Shown here: positions 52,376-64,000 of the stretch, piece after piece | How positions within the stretch are numbered: the stretch's first letter is position 1 | Layout: each line of letters starts with the position of its first letter | Origin: Octopus bimaculoides | Taxonomy: Eukaryota | Reading direction: 5' to 3' | DNA: 64,000 nt | NCBI RefSeq assembly: GCF_001194135.2 | Contig: NC_068999.1 | Span: 36,161,256-36,225,255 of the forward strand | Translations under genes and position numbers: made by a program | Notes under the pieces: model-generated | Told to the model about the DNA's origin: nothing | The model's input: the letters and a program-made list of their open reading frames with translations, nothing else | Database searches by the model: none

Positions 52376-53954
52376 TGTAGAAAAATATAAAAGAAGAGAG
52401 AATTAATCAGCTCTTTTGGTATGTCACAGATTAGCGCTTCTCCTTAGATTTATCTACAGGCCATCAGAGTGTTACTAGAGGGAGCTGTTTATCATTGAAA
52501 CATTTTTACCACCAAGCGCATAAACAGCTTTCTTCAGCTACGCAACCTGCATATCAGTTTAACATAAGATTATCTCACTACACTTCGAACTTACAGTAAT
52601 CATTACAATTGTTAACCACAGCTTCATATGAGTCATCCATTTCTCACATTATTCGTTTAACCTACAGAAACTAAGCCAACTTCGCCAAGTTGCATAAAGA
52701 CTGAAAGGTATGGACGAACAGTTTGCTGCCACAAGCTATTTTGTAGTTTTCGCAGCTATTATAGCCAAGAGCTATTTTTCAACTTTCACTGTAATTACAT
52801 CTACAAGTCATTTGTAGCTTACATATTTATAACTAGACGTCTTTCTTCCTCCATTACAACAGCCAAATCTCTAATTCTCCTTTCAGCTAGTCTTAATACG
52901 CGACACGTGCTTAGCTAAATGTATACACAGAGCGTTAAATTATTACTGCCAATTCCCGAAAAAGGAAACTATATTTCCCTCCTTTTTTCCTGATGAGAAA
53001 CTTTTTTTTATAAACATATTCTATTAAGTATTTTACAGATGTGAATTGTTTAATGAAAAATAATTTACTTGTATTTGTATATCGTAATTCTACAAAGGTA
53101 TTTCTGTATTTTTGTTCTTTCGCAATAAAATATGAGTATTAAATTACTCTAAAAACACGGAGATTTTATATTAATTTTGACTTATTCTTTTATATTACCG
53201 CGAGCTGTTGTTTTATATTGGAGTGTACTGATGTTTTATATAGCACTTGAAATGCTGAGTAGTATTATTTTCAACTGCTCTTTTATATTACTTTCAATAA
53301 TAATTATTTCAGGGATATGTACTGGTATTGTTCCAATATATCTTAGAACATTATCCAATATATCTTAAAACATTATGTTCGTATCTTCGTATATATTTTT
53401 TTCTTCGCATACTAATTTACAAAGGCAAGTCCATTACCTCAGTTGCAGATTTTGCCCGATATTTTGCTTTAGAATTATATCGTTACATTCTTGTTTTGTA
53501 CATATAACCTGTTAGATGAAGGAGGCCGTGCTCTATACAACAAATATGCTGCAAATTGTACACATACGTCGGTACACACATATACATACATGCACTTTCT
53601 AATTTGGTCGGTAGTATCAACCGATACAATTTTGAATGAAATGTATTAGACAGAAACTGCGGAAGCAACTCGTAGGGCAAGTGTACGGGTGTGGGGGGAG
53701 GGTTGCTTTTACGTTGATTGACCGGTAGTGCTGGAAACGTAGTATAATTCGCTAAAAGTTTAATAATACCTAAAAACTAAGCAATAGGATTGTTATATAC
53801 GTACGTAAACATGTATGTATATATTTAATGTACATAGAAAATGTATACGTGTTCTCTGTGTGTATATACGTGTGCATGTGTGTGCAAGTGTATGTATAGA
53901 TGTACACATTAACTGTGTATATACAGTCAAATGCTGACAGAAAATGTATGTATG

Positions 53955-53991
<37 letters not shown>

Positions 53992-55656
53992 TCTGATAAG
54001 AGCCAATGCATGATACTTTCAGACCTTCAGTCATTCGGTTGCTTCAGCTAAATATTAATAAAAATATAATATATATCATATATCTATTTTATGCACATAT
54101 ATTTATTTATGATTACACGCACACACACAAACACACACACACACACCACACACACACATATATAATGTGTATATATATATATTAGGTGTATATATGTATG
54201 TCTATATATGTCCTCAATCTTTTCAACGACTATTGAAAAGTAAAAGTTGCAAGACACAACGAACATTTTAGAAAAAATAAAGGAGTGGAAAGTTAACCGG
54301 TGGGTGTGTTAAATAATAAGGCACTAAAAGAGAATGATTCTCCCCAGACACAACAAAATTACATTTATATATTATATATTTATTAACGACATACAGCATC
54401 AATGTGTGTGTATGTTTGTGCGTGCGTGTGTATCCATGCTTGTATACGTATAAGATGCTTTAAATTTATAAAAAATATAAATATCTGTATGTAATATAAA
54501 ACGTGTGTGTATATTTATTTAGATATATATCTATATATAAGACTATCGATATATATATATTTGTGCGTGTATATCTGTATAAACCGTATAGTATGTACAT
54601 TTTATCTATTCAGGGTTTTTTTTTCATTTGGTTCTATTGTTGTCTATCACTACACCAAAGAACGGTCATCACTGTCTAATGCAGTTACGTCTTTGTTCTG
54701 GACACTTTTTTGTTTTCGTTTTTGTTCAACCATATTTTCTCCTTTCCTGTCTCTCTTTCACATAGACGTAGCGTAAATAGATGTCTCTTATCTCAAACAA
54801 ACACAAGTGAGATGTTTCAGAAACGTCAGAAAGAAATATAGACAGGAACGATGATAATAATGCGATGATTTTTATGTGCGTTTTCTGTTTTTACTACATT
54901 TTTCTTTTTTTCGTAAAGAATTACTATTGTCTTTTCGATATTTGTAAACAATAGATCTTTGCTTTATTCCAAATTATTTTCGAGACAAAGGGAATTAAAA
55001 AAAGACGATAATGAATTGAATGTAGATAGTAAAATGAAACAACTTGGTTGACAGTTCAGTACAATATCATCAGACTATCTATTAAATATTGTATTAAAAG
55101 GGATTCGTTCAGCGACCTGGACAATAAGGTTACTTGGTCACTAAAAACAGGGGGTGCGTCTTTGATAACTCAAGTAGCAAGAGAAACTGTCATAGACAGC
55201 CTCCATGCGCTTGTTTCATCAACCGGAAATAGCAGCTAAATCGCCCTCAAATCACATTCTATGTAAAGTAATGTAAAATAATGCAATAAAGGAGCAGATT
55301 TTGAACAGTGGTATACTCTACCAGAGTTGATCTGTGGCGAAATAACACCACCATTTCTTATAAAACCACCACTACCAAGAACAACACTATCACAACCAAC
55401 AACAACAACAACAACAACAACAAAACTAGGATCACAAACATTAAAAACAAGACCATCGTTCCACCGATATCAGCAACAATAAAAACCACCAACAGCAACG
55501 ATACCAAGAGCAACATGAATACTACTATTAACGCTACCACCACAACCAACAAGAATGACAACAAAAACATATACATCACCACCAACACCAAAGCCATCAA
55601 CACTATTTTCCACCACCAAGAAGAACGTCACTGACGCCGACAGCACCACCAACATC

Positions 55657-56646
55657 NNNNNNNNNNNNNNNNNNNNNNNNNNNNNNNNNNNNNNNNNNNN
55701 NNNNNNNNNNNNNNNNNNNNNNNNNNNNNNNNNNNNNNNNNNNNNNNNNNNNNNNNNNNNNNNNNNNNNNNNNNNNNNNNNNNNNNNNNNNNNNNNNNNN
55801 NNNNNNNNNNNNNNNNNNNNNNNNNNNNNNNNNNNNNNNNNNNNNNNNNNNNNNNNNNNNNNNNNNNNNNNNNNNNNNNNNNNNNNNNNNNNNNNNNNNN
55901 NNNNNNNNNNNNNNNNNNNNNNNNNNNNNNNNNNNNNNNNNNNNNNNNNNNNNNNNNNNNNNNNNNNNNNNNNNNNNNNNNNNNNNNNNNNNNNNNNNNN
56001 NNNNNNNNNNNNNNNNNNNNNNNNNNNNNNNNNNNNNNNNNNNNNNNNNNNNNNNNNNNNNNNNNNNNNNNNNNNNNNNNNNNNNNNNNNNNNNNNNNNN
56101 NNNNNNNNNNNNNNNNNNNNNNNNNNNNNNNNNNNNNNNNNNNNNNNNNNNNNNNNNNNNNNNNNNNNNNNNNNNNNNNNNNNNNNNNNNNNNNNNNNNN
56201 NNNNNNNNNNNNNNNNNNNNNNNNNNNNNNNNNNNNNNNNNNNNNNNNNNNNNNNNNNNNNNNNNNNNNNNNNNNNNNNNNNNNNNNNNNNNNNNNNNNN
56301 NNNNNNNNNNNNNNNNNNNNNNNNNNNNNNNNNNNNNNNNNNNNNNNNNNNNNNNNNNNNNNNNNNNNNNNNNNNNNNNNNNNNNNNNNNNNNNNNNNNN
56401 NNNNNNNNNNNNNNNNNNNNNNNNNNNNNNNNNNNNNNNNNNNNNNNNNNNNNNNNNNNNNNNNNNNNNNNNNNNNNNNNNNNNNNNNNNNNNNNNNNNN
56501 NNNNNNNNNNNNNNNNNNNNNNNNNNNNNNNNNNNNNNNNNNNNNNNNNNNNNNNNNNNNNNNNNNNNNNNNNNNNNNNNNNNNNNNNNNNNNNNNNNNN
56601 NNNNNNNNNNNNNNNNNNNNNNNNNNNNNNNNNNNNNNNNNNNNNN
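55657..56646. other. assembly gap (one of the largest of about two dozen N-runs in the window)
   Basis: N characters; most gaps are flanked by microsatellites. Confidence 0.99.
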
Positions 56647-56689
56647 TGTGTGTGTGTGTGTGTGTGTGTACGTATGTATGTATGTATAT

Positions 56690-56980
56690 TTGGAGAGTCG
56701 GGCTTACAATCATTAGATAGTGAGTTCGATTCTCGGACTGGGCCATGTGGTGTGTTCTTGAGCAAGACACTTTATTTCACGTTGCTCCAGTTCACTCAGC
56801 TGTAAAAATGAGTTATGGCGTCACGGATGTGAACCCTTTGCTTTTCTCTTGGATAACATCAGAGGCGCGGAGAGGAGAAGCTGGTATGCATTAGTAACTG
56901 CTGATCTTCCATGAACAACCTTGCGCACACTTTCTAGGTGCAATTCCATAATCATATATAACCGAAGGTGGTCACTCTAA
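56690..56980 (+). mobile_element. CORE-like SINE family C
   Basis: B box GAGTTCGATTC; 'gtgttcttgagcaagacactttatttcacgttgctccagttcactcagctgtaaaaatgag'; tail matches about 14300-14480. Confidence 0.72.
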
Positions 56981-57077
56981 TATATGCGTGTATTTAAGGT
57001 AATGGTGTATAGGATATACAGTGTTTACTAGTATACAAAGCACACTAATCTGTAAAGATTAGTAGATCTGAGGAACG

Positions 57078-57955
57078 TACGTGGTCTGATAAATATGTAT
57101 CCGAACTGTCTCTATAGTAACGAAGCTCAAGCATGGAGAATGAAGCGTCTTGGCAGAGATTGTCTGTACACCTTGATGTGCATGCGCACAAAGTTTTCAC
57201 GTCGTAGCTCACTTCCGCTGGGTTCAGCAGTGCTTGGAAAGAACGTGTGTTACGTGTGATCGTTGCATTGATCATGACAAAGAGAATTGAGCAGGTAATC
57301 TGCGTCAAATTTTGCCAAATGGTTAACGATACCTCTTCATAGGCCTACGCAAAGTTTTCAAAAAGTCTTCACCATTCTCGACGCAATGAAGGAGATTTTG
57401 TGCAACTAAAACCCGAATGTGTTTTTGATCAGCTGAAAGCAATTTTAGCACAAACTTAACAGACACACGTCTCATACCGAAATCTTCAGTGATAATGGAC
57501 TGAACTGAACCGTAACTAATCTGAACATCTTCTGATAACAGAAGGATGATTATTCAATGATTTCCCCTCACAACTGAATACACATCTGCGATCTTTTTTC
57601 TCATTTCTGCTGGTTGCAGGTCTCGCAAAACGTTTGTCAATATCGGCAGTAAATTCGGCTATCTTTGAAACGTGTGAGTCACCCTACACTTGTGTGCCGC
57701 TCATATACTCCTCTCCATACACTTTCTGCAATTATCACCATGACAACTTTCTCTGTCATGGTCAATGCGACTATCACACGCGACTCACCTTCCTTCCCAG
57801 CACCGCTGAAAACAGCGGAAGTAAGCTAGAACATTAAAACTAAGTGAACATGTACAACAGCGTTCAATGTCAATCTGTGCAAAGCGGCTTTACTCTCTGT
57901 GCATTAGCATCATTAATATGGTAACAGTCCGGATATTTATTGATCACGCCTCGTA
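57078..57955. mobile_element. mariner derivative made of two inverted 5' ends
   Basis: Outer ends TACGTGGTCTGAT-AAATATGTATCCGAACTGT and (reverse complement) TACGAGGCGTGATCAATAAATATCCGGACTGT. Plus arm encodes MTKRIEQVICVKFCQ; minus arm encodes ISYGSVQSIITEDFGMRRVSVKFVLKLLSADQK. Confidence 0.8.
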
Positions 57956-58000
57956 TTCTGAGCCTCGGTCTACACAGATTATATGGCATACTGGTCTCTA

Positions 58001-58035
<35 letters not shown>

Positions 58036-59346
58036 NNNNNNNNNNNNNNNNNNNNNNNNNNNNNNNNNNNNNNNNNNNNNNNNNNNNNNNNNNNNNNNNN
58101 NNNNNNNNNNNNNNNNNNNNNNNNNNNNNNNNNNNNNNNNNNNNNNNNNNNNNNNNNNNNNNNNNNNNNNNNNNNNNNNNNNNNNNNNNNNNNNNNNNNN
58201 NNNNNNNNNNNNNNNNNNNNNNNNNNNNNNNNNNNNNNNNNNNNNNNNNNNNNNNNNNNNNNNNNNNNNNNNNNNNNNNNNNNNNNNNNNNNNNNNNNNN
58301 NNNNNNNNNNNNNNNNNNNNNNNNNNNNNNNNNNNNATATATATATATATATAACGTAAACGGGATGTTGCTGCTGACAACTAAGGCAGCATCGAGAAGA
58401 GGCCAGCATAACAAGACGTACATCAATCTTTAACCCATTGGCGTACTATCACCTTTCTTTGATTTTTCTATTTCTCCTATAATGTGCCCTACTCACCGAG
58501 CTAGGTGAGATCATGCCATTTGCACTCAAGCATTCTTGGCCCACTCTTTACTCCCTTTTCTCCCTCCCCGCCGCATTTCATGTCTAAACTACTCAGTCGG
58601 AAATGCAGTAATCACTATTCCCAATCCTTCGTTCGTAGAGCGTAGGCCCACTGGATCACTTTTTTTGGTCATGTTTTCTTTTTTTTTCTCACAGCTTTTC
58701 ACCTTTAATAATTCGAGAATCAGAAAATCGAATAGTTAGTAGACCGGATGTTGCAATACCGAAATATGAAAACTCGGAATTTTGAAATATTTTAGAGAAA
58801 AATAAAAAGGAATACTCTCTAATTTGCAGATTCAGACGCTCCATTATATAATTTAGTTTTTAAGAAATGTGTATTAGATCGATACAATATCGGAGATTAA
58901 AGCAAAATCTTATGTAAGTTTACTTGCTGGATATATTCACTGTACTCTATCAACAAAAAGCATTTCGCTGCTTTTCTTTCCGTAAAGACATAAACATACC
59001 AAGTGATAAAAAATCGAATTTTGATGGAATGAAATTTGTTTTAAGCTCTTGTCTATAACCTCTTATTCACGCTTTCTCTCTAGTCTGTGAAAATTGAGTT
59101 GTTTAAGATTCAATATGTTTATATTTGTATTGAAAGATATGAAGGGAAGCATGACCCAAAGCAACAGGTCTGTAGAGTTGGCAGAGTGCAATATTCAATA
59201 ACTATTGTATTTAGAAGTTTCTATTGTGATGTCATTTCGTGTATCTCCCCTTGAGTTTATATATATAATATAATGGACTAAAAGAAAGCGATGTTTCTTT
59301 TATTTTACTGCCGTTAACACTTTAGAGGCTATTAACATCATTTCTA

Positions 59347-59401
<55 letters not shown>

Positions 59402-59773
59402 NNNNNNNNNNNNNNNNNNNNNNNNNNNNNNNNNNNNNNNNNNNNNNNNNNNNNNNNNNNNNNNNNNNNNNNNNNNNNNNNNNNNNNNNNNNNNNNNNNN
59501 NNNNNNNNNNNNNNNNNNNNNNNNNNNNNNNNNNNNNNNNNNNNNNNNNNNNNNNNNNNNNNNNNNNNNNNNNNNNNNNNNNNNNNNNNNNNNNNNNNNN
59601 NNNNNNNNNNNNNNNNNNNNNNNNNNNNNNNNNNNNNNNNNNNNNNNNNNNNNNNNNNNNNNNNNNNNNNNNNNNNNNNNNNNNNNNNNNNNNNNNNNNN
59701 NNNNNNNNNNNNNNNNNNNNNNNNNNNNNNNNNNNNNNNNNNNNNNNNNNNNNNNNNNNNNNNNNNNNNNNNN

Positions 59774-59810
<37 letters not shown>

Positions 59811-60293
59811 ATATACATTCATACATACTAATATAAACTTTGCTTTTCCAATACATCAAGCCCGATTCGAAACAGAAATACATAGTATTAAACAAAGTAA
59901 TTGACTAGGTCCTTACCCACCGAACCACCAACATATTCGCCAGCTTGCGTCATCTTTCTTTTTAGTAATCCTAAATAAAGCGAACGTTAGAACTAATCAG
60001 AAATCGATATTCTGTTACAGTCTTAGTGATCTAGATATGGTAGTGCTTCCATGAAAGACTTCTTTGCATCTGCAAGAACTTTTAAGTTGTTTACAAACCA
60101 CGAATAATGATTCGCAGAAACTTAAGTGGTAGTAATAGAAGATATATCTTAATATAATAAAAGTGTGTTGCAGTAATTTATATAATATAATATTACGCAA
60201 TAAAATGAAAGTAATGTAGGCAATTATATACGTATTTCATATATGATGTATAGGACATGTATTCACAGACGCACACACACATATATATCTATG

Positions 60294-60367
<74 letters not shown>

Positions 60368-61134
60368 TATATATCTATCTATCTATATGTATATACACAC
60401 ACAGATACATATAGTCATATGTGTGTGCGTGTGTGGGTGGGTGTAATGTGTTTATGTATATATAATAAATAACATTTACTATTCATTTTCGATTGAAATT
60501 TATATGTACATATATGTATATATATATAGAGATAGATAGATACATACATATATATATATACATATATATACATATATATATACATATATATATACATATA
60601 TGTATATATATATATATATATANNNNNNNNNNNNNNNNNNNNNNNNNNNNNNNNNNNNNNNNNNNNNNNNNNNNNNNNNNNNNNNNNNNNNNNNNNNNNN
60701 NNNNNNNNNNNNNNNNNNNNNNNNNNNNNNNNNNNNNNNNNNNNNNNNNNNNNNNNNNNNNNNNNNNNNNNNNNNNNNNNNNNNNNNNNNNNNNNNNNNN
60801 NNNNNNNNNNNNNNNNNNNNNNNNNNNNNNNNNNNNNNNNNNNNNNNNNNNNNNNNNNNNNNNNNNNNNNNNNNNNNNNNNNNNNNNNNNNNNNNNNNNN
60901 NNNNNNNNNNNNNNNNNNNNNNNNNNNNNNNNNNNNNNNNNNNNNNNNNNNNNNNNNNNNNNNNNNNNNNNNNNNNNNNNNNNNNNNNNNNNNNNNNNNN
61001 NNNNNNNNNNNNNNNNNNNNNNNNNNNNNNNNNNNNNNNNNNNNNNNNNNNNNNNNNNNNNNNNNNNNNNNNNNNNNNNNNNNNNNNNNNNNNNNNNNNN
61101 NNNNNNNNNNNNNNNNNNNNNNNNNNNNNNNNNN

Positions 61135-61187
<53 letters not shown>

Positions 61188-61770
61188 CATACTAAGTTAT
61201 ATGCATATATGCATAAATATTTACAAAGTCCATGTATATATTATATCATTATTGAAATAATACTTTTTTATTAAGATCACTAAATCATATTTCTCGACTG
61301 CCTTCCTTCACAATAACAACAACAACAAGGGTATCGACAAACGCTCAATAAATACACTGTATACAATGGTAGCTTAAAGAAAACATGAACGCACCCAAAC
61401 ATAAAATTTTTCATACAATTATAAACATCTTTATTTAATGAACATCTTTTAATGTTCGAACGAGATTAAGTTATTCGTTTAAACTATAGATACGGAGAAA
61501 TCATTTATCATGGAAGATTACCATTATTATTAAGAAATGTAATAATTTTTGAATATTCGCATTCTAGTTATTAATAAAGATGTATATGTTTGTATCGTAG
61601 ACGACATTTTCTAATTCTTTTGGCGTGATAGTGTTTGATAAATTTATTCAAATCCTGTTACATCATTTGTGAGGATGGGAGTCACAAACGTGATTTGAAC
61701 GTAAAAATTTGTACAATACATAAGTGCTCCTGAACACTATATACAATAATTTCTTCCAATTTCTTCCATA

Positions 61771-61990
61771 GGCACAGGAGTGGCTGTGCGGTAAGTAACT
61801 TCCTAACCAACCACATGGTTCCAGGTTCAGACACCTTGGGCAAGTGTCTTCTACTATAGCCTCGGACCGACCAAAGCCTTGTGAGTGGATTTGATAAACA
61901 GAAACTGAAAGACGCACGTCGCATATATGTGTGTGTGTGTGTGTGTGTTTGTCCCCCCAATATCGCTTGACAACCGATGCTGGTGTGTTC
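61771..61990 (+). mobile_element. SINE family D
   Basis: 'ggcacaggagtggctgtgcggtaag..caccttgggcaagtgtcttctactatagcctcgg..(TG)n tttgtccccccaa'. Confidence 0.82.
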
Positions 61991-62029
61991 AGAAACCATC
62001 CTTTTCATCGTATCATTTTTTATACGCAC

Positions 62030-63145
62030 AAGAACATAGATATTGGGGAGGTGGAGTGTCGATTATATGGACCATAGTGCTTGAATAATACCTTATTTCA
62101 TCGACTACAGAATGTTGAAAAGCAAAGTTGATCTGGGTAGGTTTTGGTGTCAGAACAAAAAACGCCGTTTCCAAATAGTGCAAAACATTTTCTTCGACAC
62201 ACTAACGTTCCTCTTAAGTCGAACACCCTATTCTTTCTAAGCTATCAAAAATAATTTCTCTGGCAGGTACACAGGACCACGAATTTCAGATTAAGGAGTA
62301 TAGTCTAATTGATTACCTAAAAGTAATACCAAATTTATCGTCCTCAATTAGATGAAATACGAAGTTGACGTTAGTGAGAAATGAGCCAAAATGTAAATGG
62401 CGAATCTACCCATTATGAAATCCGTCGTCCTTGTAGCTTTTGTTTTCTTTAGCCCTATGACTCATAAGGCCGGTGATTCGGTTTCCATGGCGTATAAACG
62501 ACCGAGGACACCTGGAAAGGGACCCTAGTCGGTTGCAGGCTTCAAAACCAGTAGTTATGAGGTGAGGAGTCAATTTGATGACATCAATCCAAGTATTTCA
62601 TTGGTACATTATTTTATACTTCCTGAGGGGTGAATGGTAGAGTTGACCATAACGGAATTTGAACCCAGAAAGTAATGATCCCAAAGAATATGCGGCTAAG
62701 CATCTTGCCTATCGGGCTAACGATTCTGCCAGCTCATCGTCTTCAAGTTATGTAAACATTGATTTAAAATTCTGGCACAAGACCAACGATTTCAGGGGGA
62801 GGGGTAAGTCGATTACATTGACCCCAGTGTTTAACTGGTACTTATTTTATCGACCTCAAAAGGAAGAAAAGCAAAGTCGACCTCGGGAGCATTTGAACTC
62901 GGGACGTAAAGACGGACGAAATGCCGCTAAGCATTTTGTCCGGTGGGCCATCGATTCTGTCATGCCCATCGCCTTCAGAGTATGTGCATATTGAATTAAA
63001 ATTCTGGAACAAGGCCAGCAATGTCGGCGGAGGGACTAAATTGATTACATTGATCCTAGTATTCGACTGATGCTTATTTCATCCATCTTCACGGACGAAA
63101 TGCTGCTAAGCAATTTGTCCGGCGTCTTATCGATTCTGCTACCTC
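62030..63145 (-). mobile_element. cluster of 4-5 same-orientation SINE family E copies
   Basis: Copies at about 62030-62210, 62280-62400 (very decayed), 62560-62735, 62770-62975 and 63000-63145. Confidence 0.75.
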
Positions 63146-64000
63146 CCCTAACTAGAATATGTAAATATTACGTTGTTAATCGTTCTCGGAAATATAAAAT
63201 ACAATGTTGCATTTAGTGCGAATTGAACCACAACATAACATAAACGGTCGTTACCAAACACTGCGCCTCACATGACTTCTCTACCCTTCACATTATGGCA
63301 TCCGTCGTCCTTGGAATTAATAACATCTTATTCTGTTAATTCCATGTCATTTCAGATGATAGCAATTTTTTTTTTCCTGTTTTCTTTTCTTTTATTTTCT
63401 CTTCAAAACTCTGGTGTCAAATTGATGAATTTTATTTTTGAAAACGTTAGTGAAGAAAAATTACTTCAAGATTTTGTATTTGTAGCCAGTCTTCAGTATT
63501 TTATAATTAATTGAATTTCAANNNNNNNNNNNNNNNNNNNNNNNNNNNNNNNNNNNNNNNNNNNNNNNNNNNNNNNNNNNNNNNNNNNNNNNNNNNNNNN
63601 NNNNNNNNNNNNNNNNNTATATATATAAAGTGTGTGCATGTGCCTGTGCGTGTGTGTATGCATGTATGTATGTGCATGCACATATATGACTTTTTATACG
63701 AATATATACATGCATACACACAGAGAAAGGCTCTGTCTGACACACTCACACACGCACACTTATTCACACGCAAACACACATACGTACATATGCATGTATA
63801 TATATATATATATATATATACTTCAAAATATAATTTATTCATTCGGAGACGTTGAAATTTAGATCTTTTAAAGTATGTTGATTAAAAAATTACAGAAAAT
63901 TTAATAAAAAATATATGAACAAATAAATAAATAAATAAAACTGACTATTCTATCGAGGACGATGAATGAGAAAAATTCCGTTCGAATGTAATAGCAATTT

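Noticed and set aside
53333-53376. 22-bp tandem duplication
   Set aside because: Two copies only; a common slippage product.
55308-55656. Thr/Asn-rich mucin-like ORF
   Set aside because: Degenerate (ACC/AAC)n low-complexity DNA, open on both strands, with no signal peptide or splice support.
62030-63145. Regularly recurring motifs resembling a CRISPR array
   Set aside because: The units are 200-bp SINE copies in a eukaryotic context, with no repeat-spacer structure and no cas genes.

Overview
Repeat-saturated, AT-rich eukaryotic non-coding DNA from a gappy short-read scaffold. There are about two dozen N-runs, most of them flanked by microsatellites. The SINE repertoire and the density of (TA)n/(CA)n/(TATG)n/(GATA)n/(GAA)n tracts point to a coleoid cephalopod, probably Octopus; this is inference from pattern recognition, not a database result. 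I found no intact host protein-coding gene, rRNA, genuine tRNA or CRISPR array. Nearly all supplied ORFs are translated microsatellites or run through gaps. The recognisable content is decayed mobile DNA: two R4/Dong-clade non-LTR retrotransposons (one near full length, inside a (TAA)n tract), a Penelope-like RT fragment, an RTE 3' end, the 3' end of a Gypsy element (LTR, PPT, integrase relic), maT/mariner relics, a Tigger-like MITE, a possible piggyBac relic and many tRNA-derived SINEs from several modular families. The most notable structures are a near-perfect minimal type I hammerhead ribozyme at 36963-37007 (one core substitution), a 150-bp 97%-identical inverted repeat, an inverted mariner 5'-end dimer, and a microsatellite that expanded inside a retrotransposon endonuclease motif.
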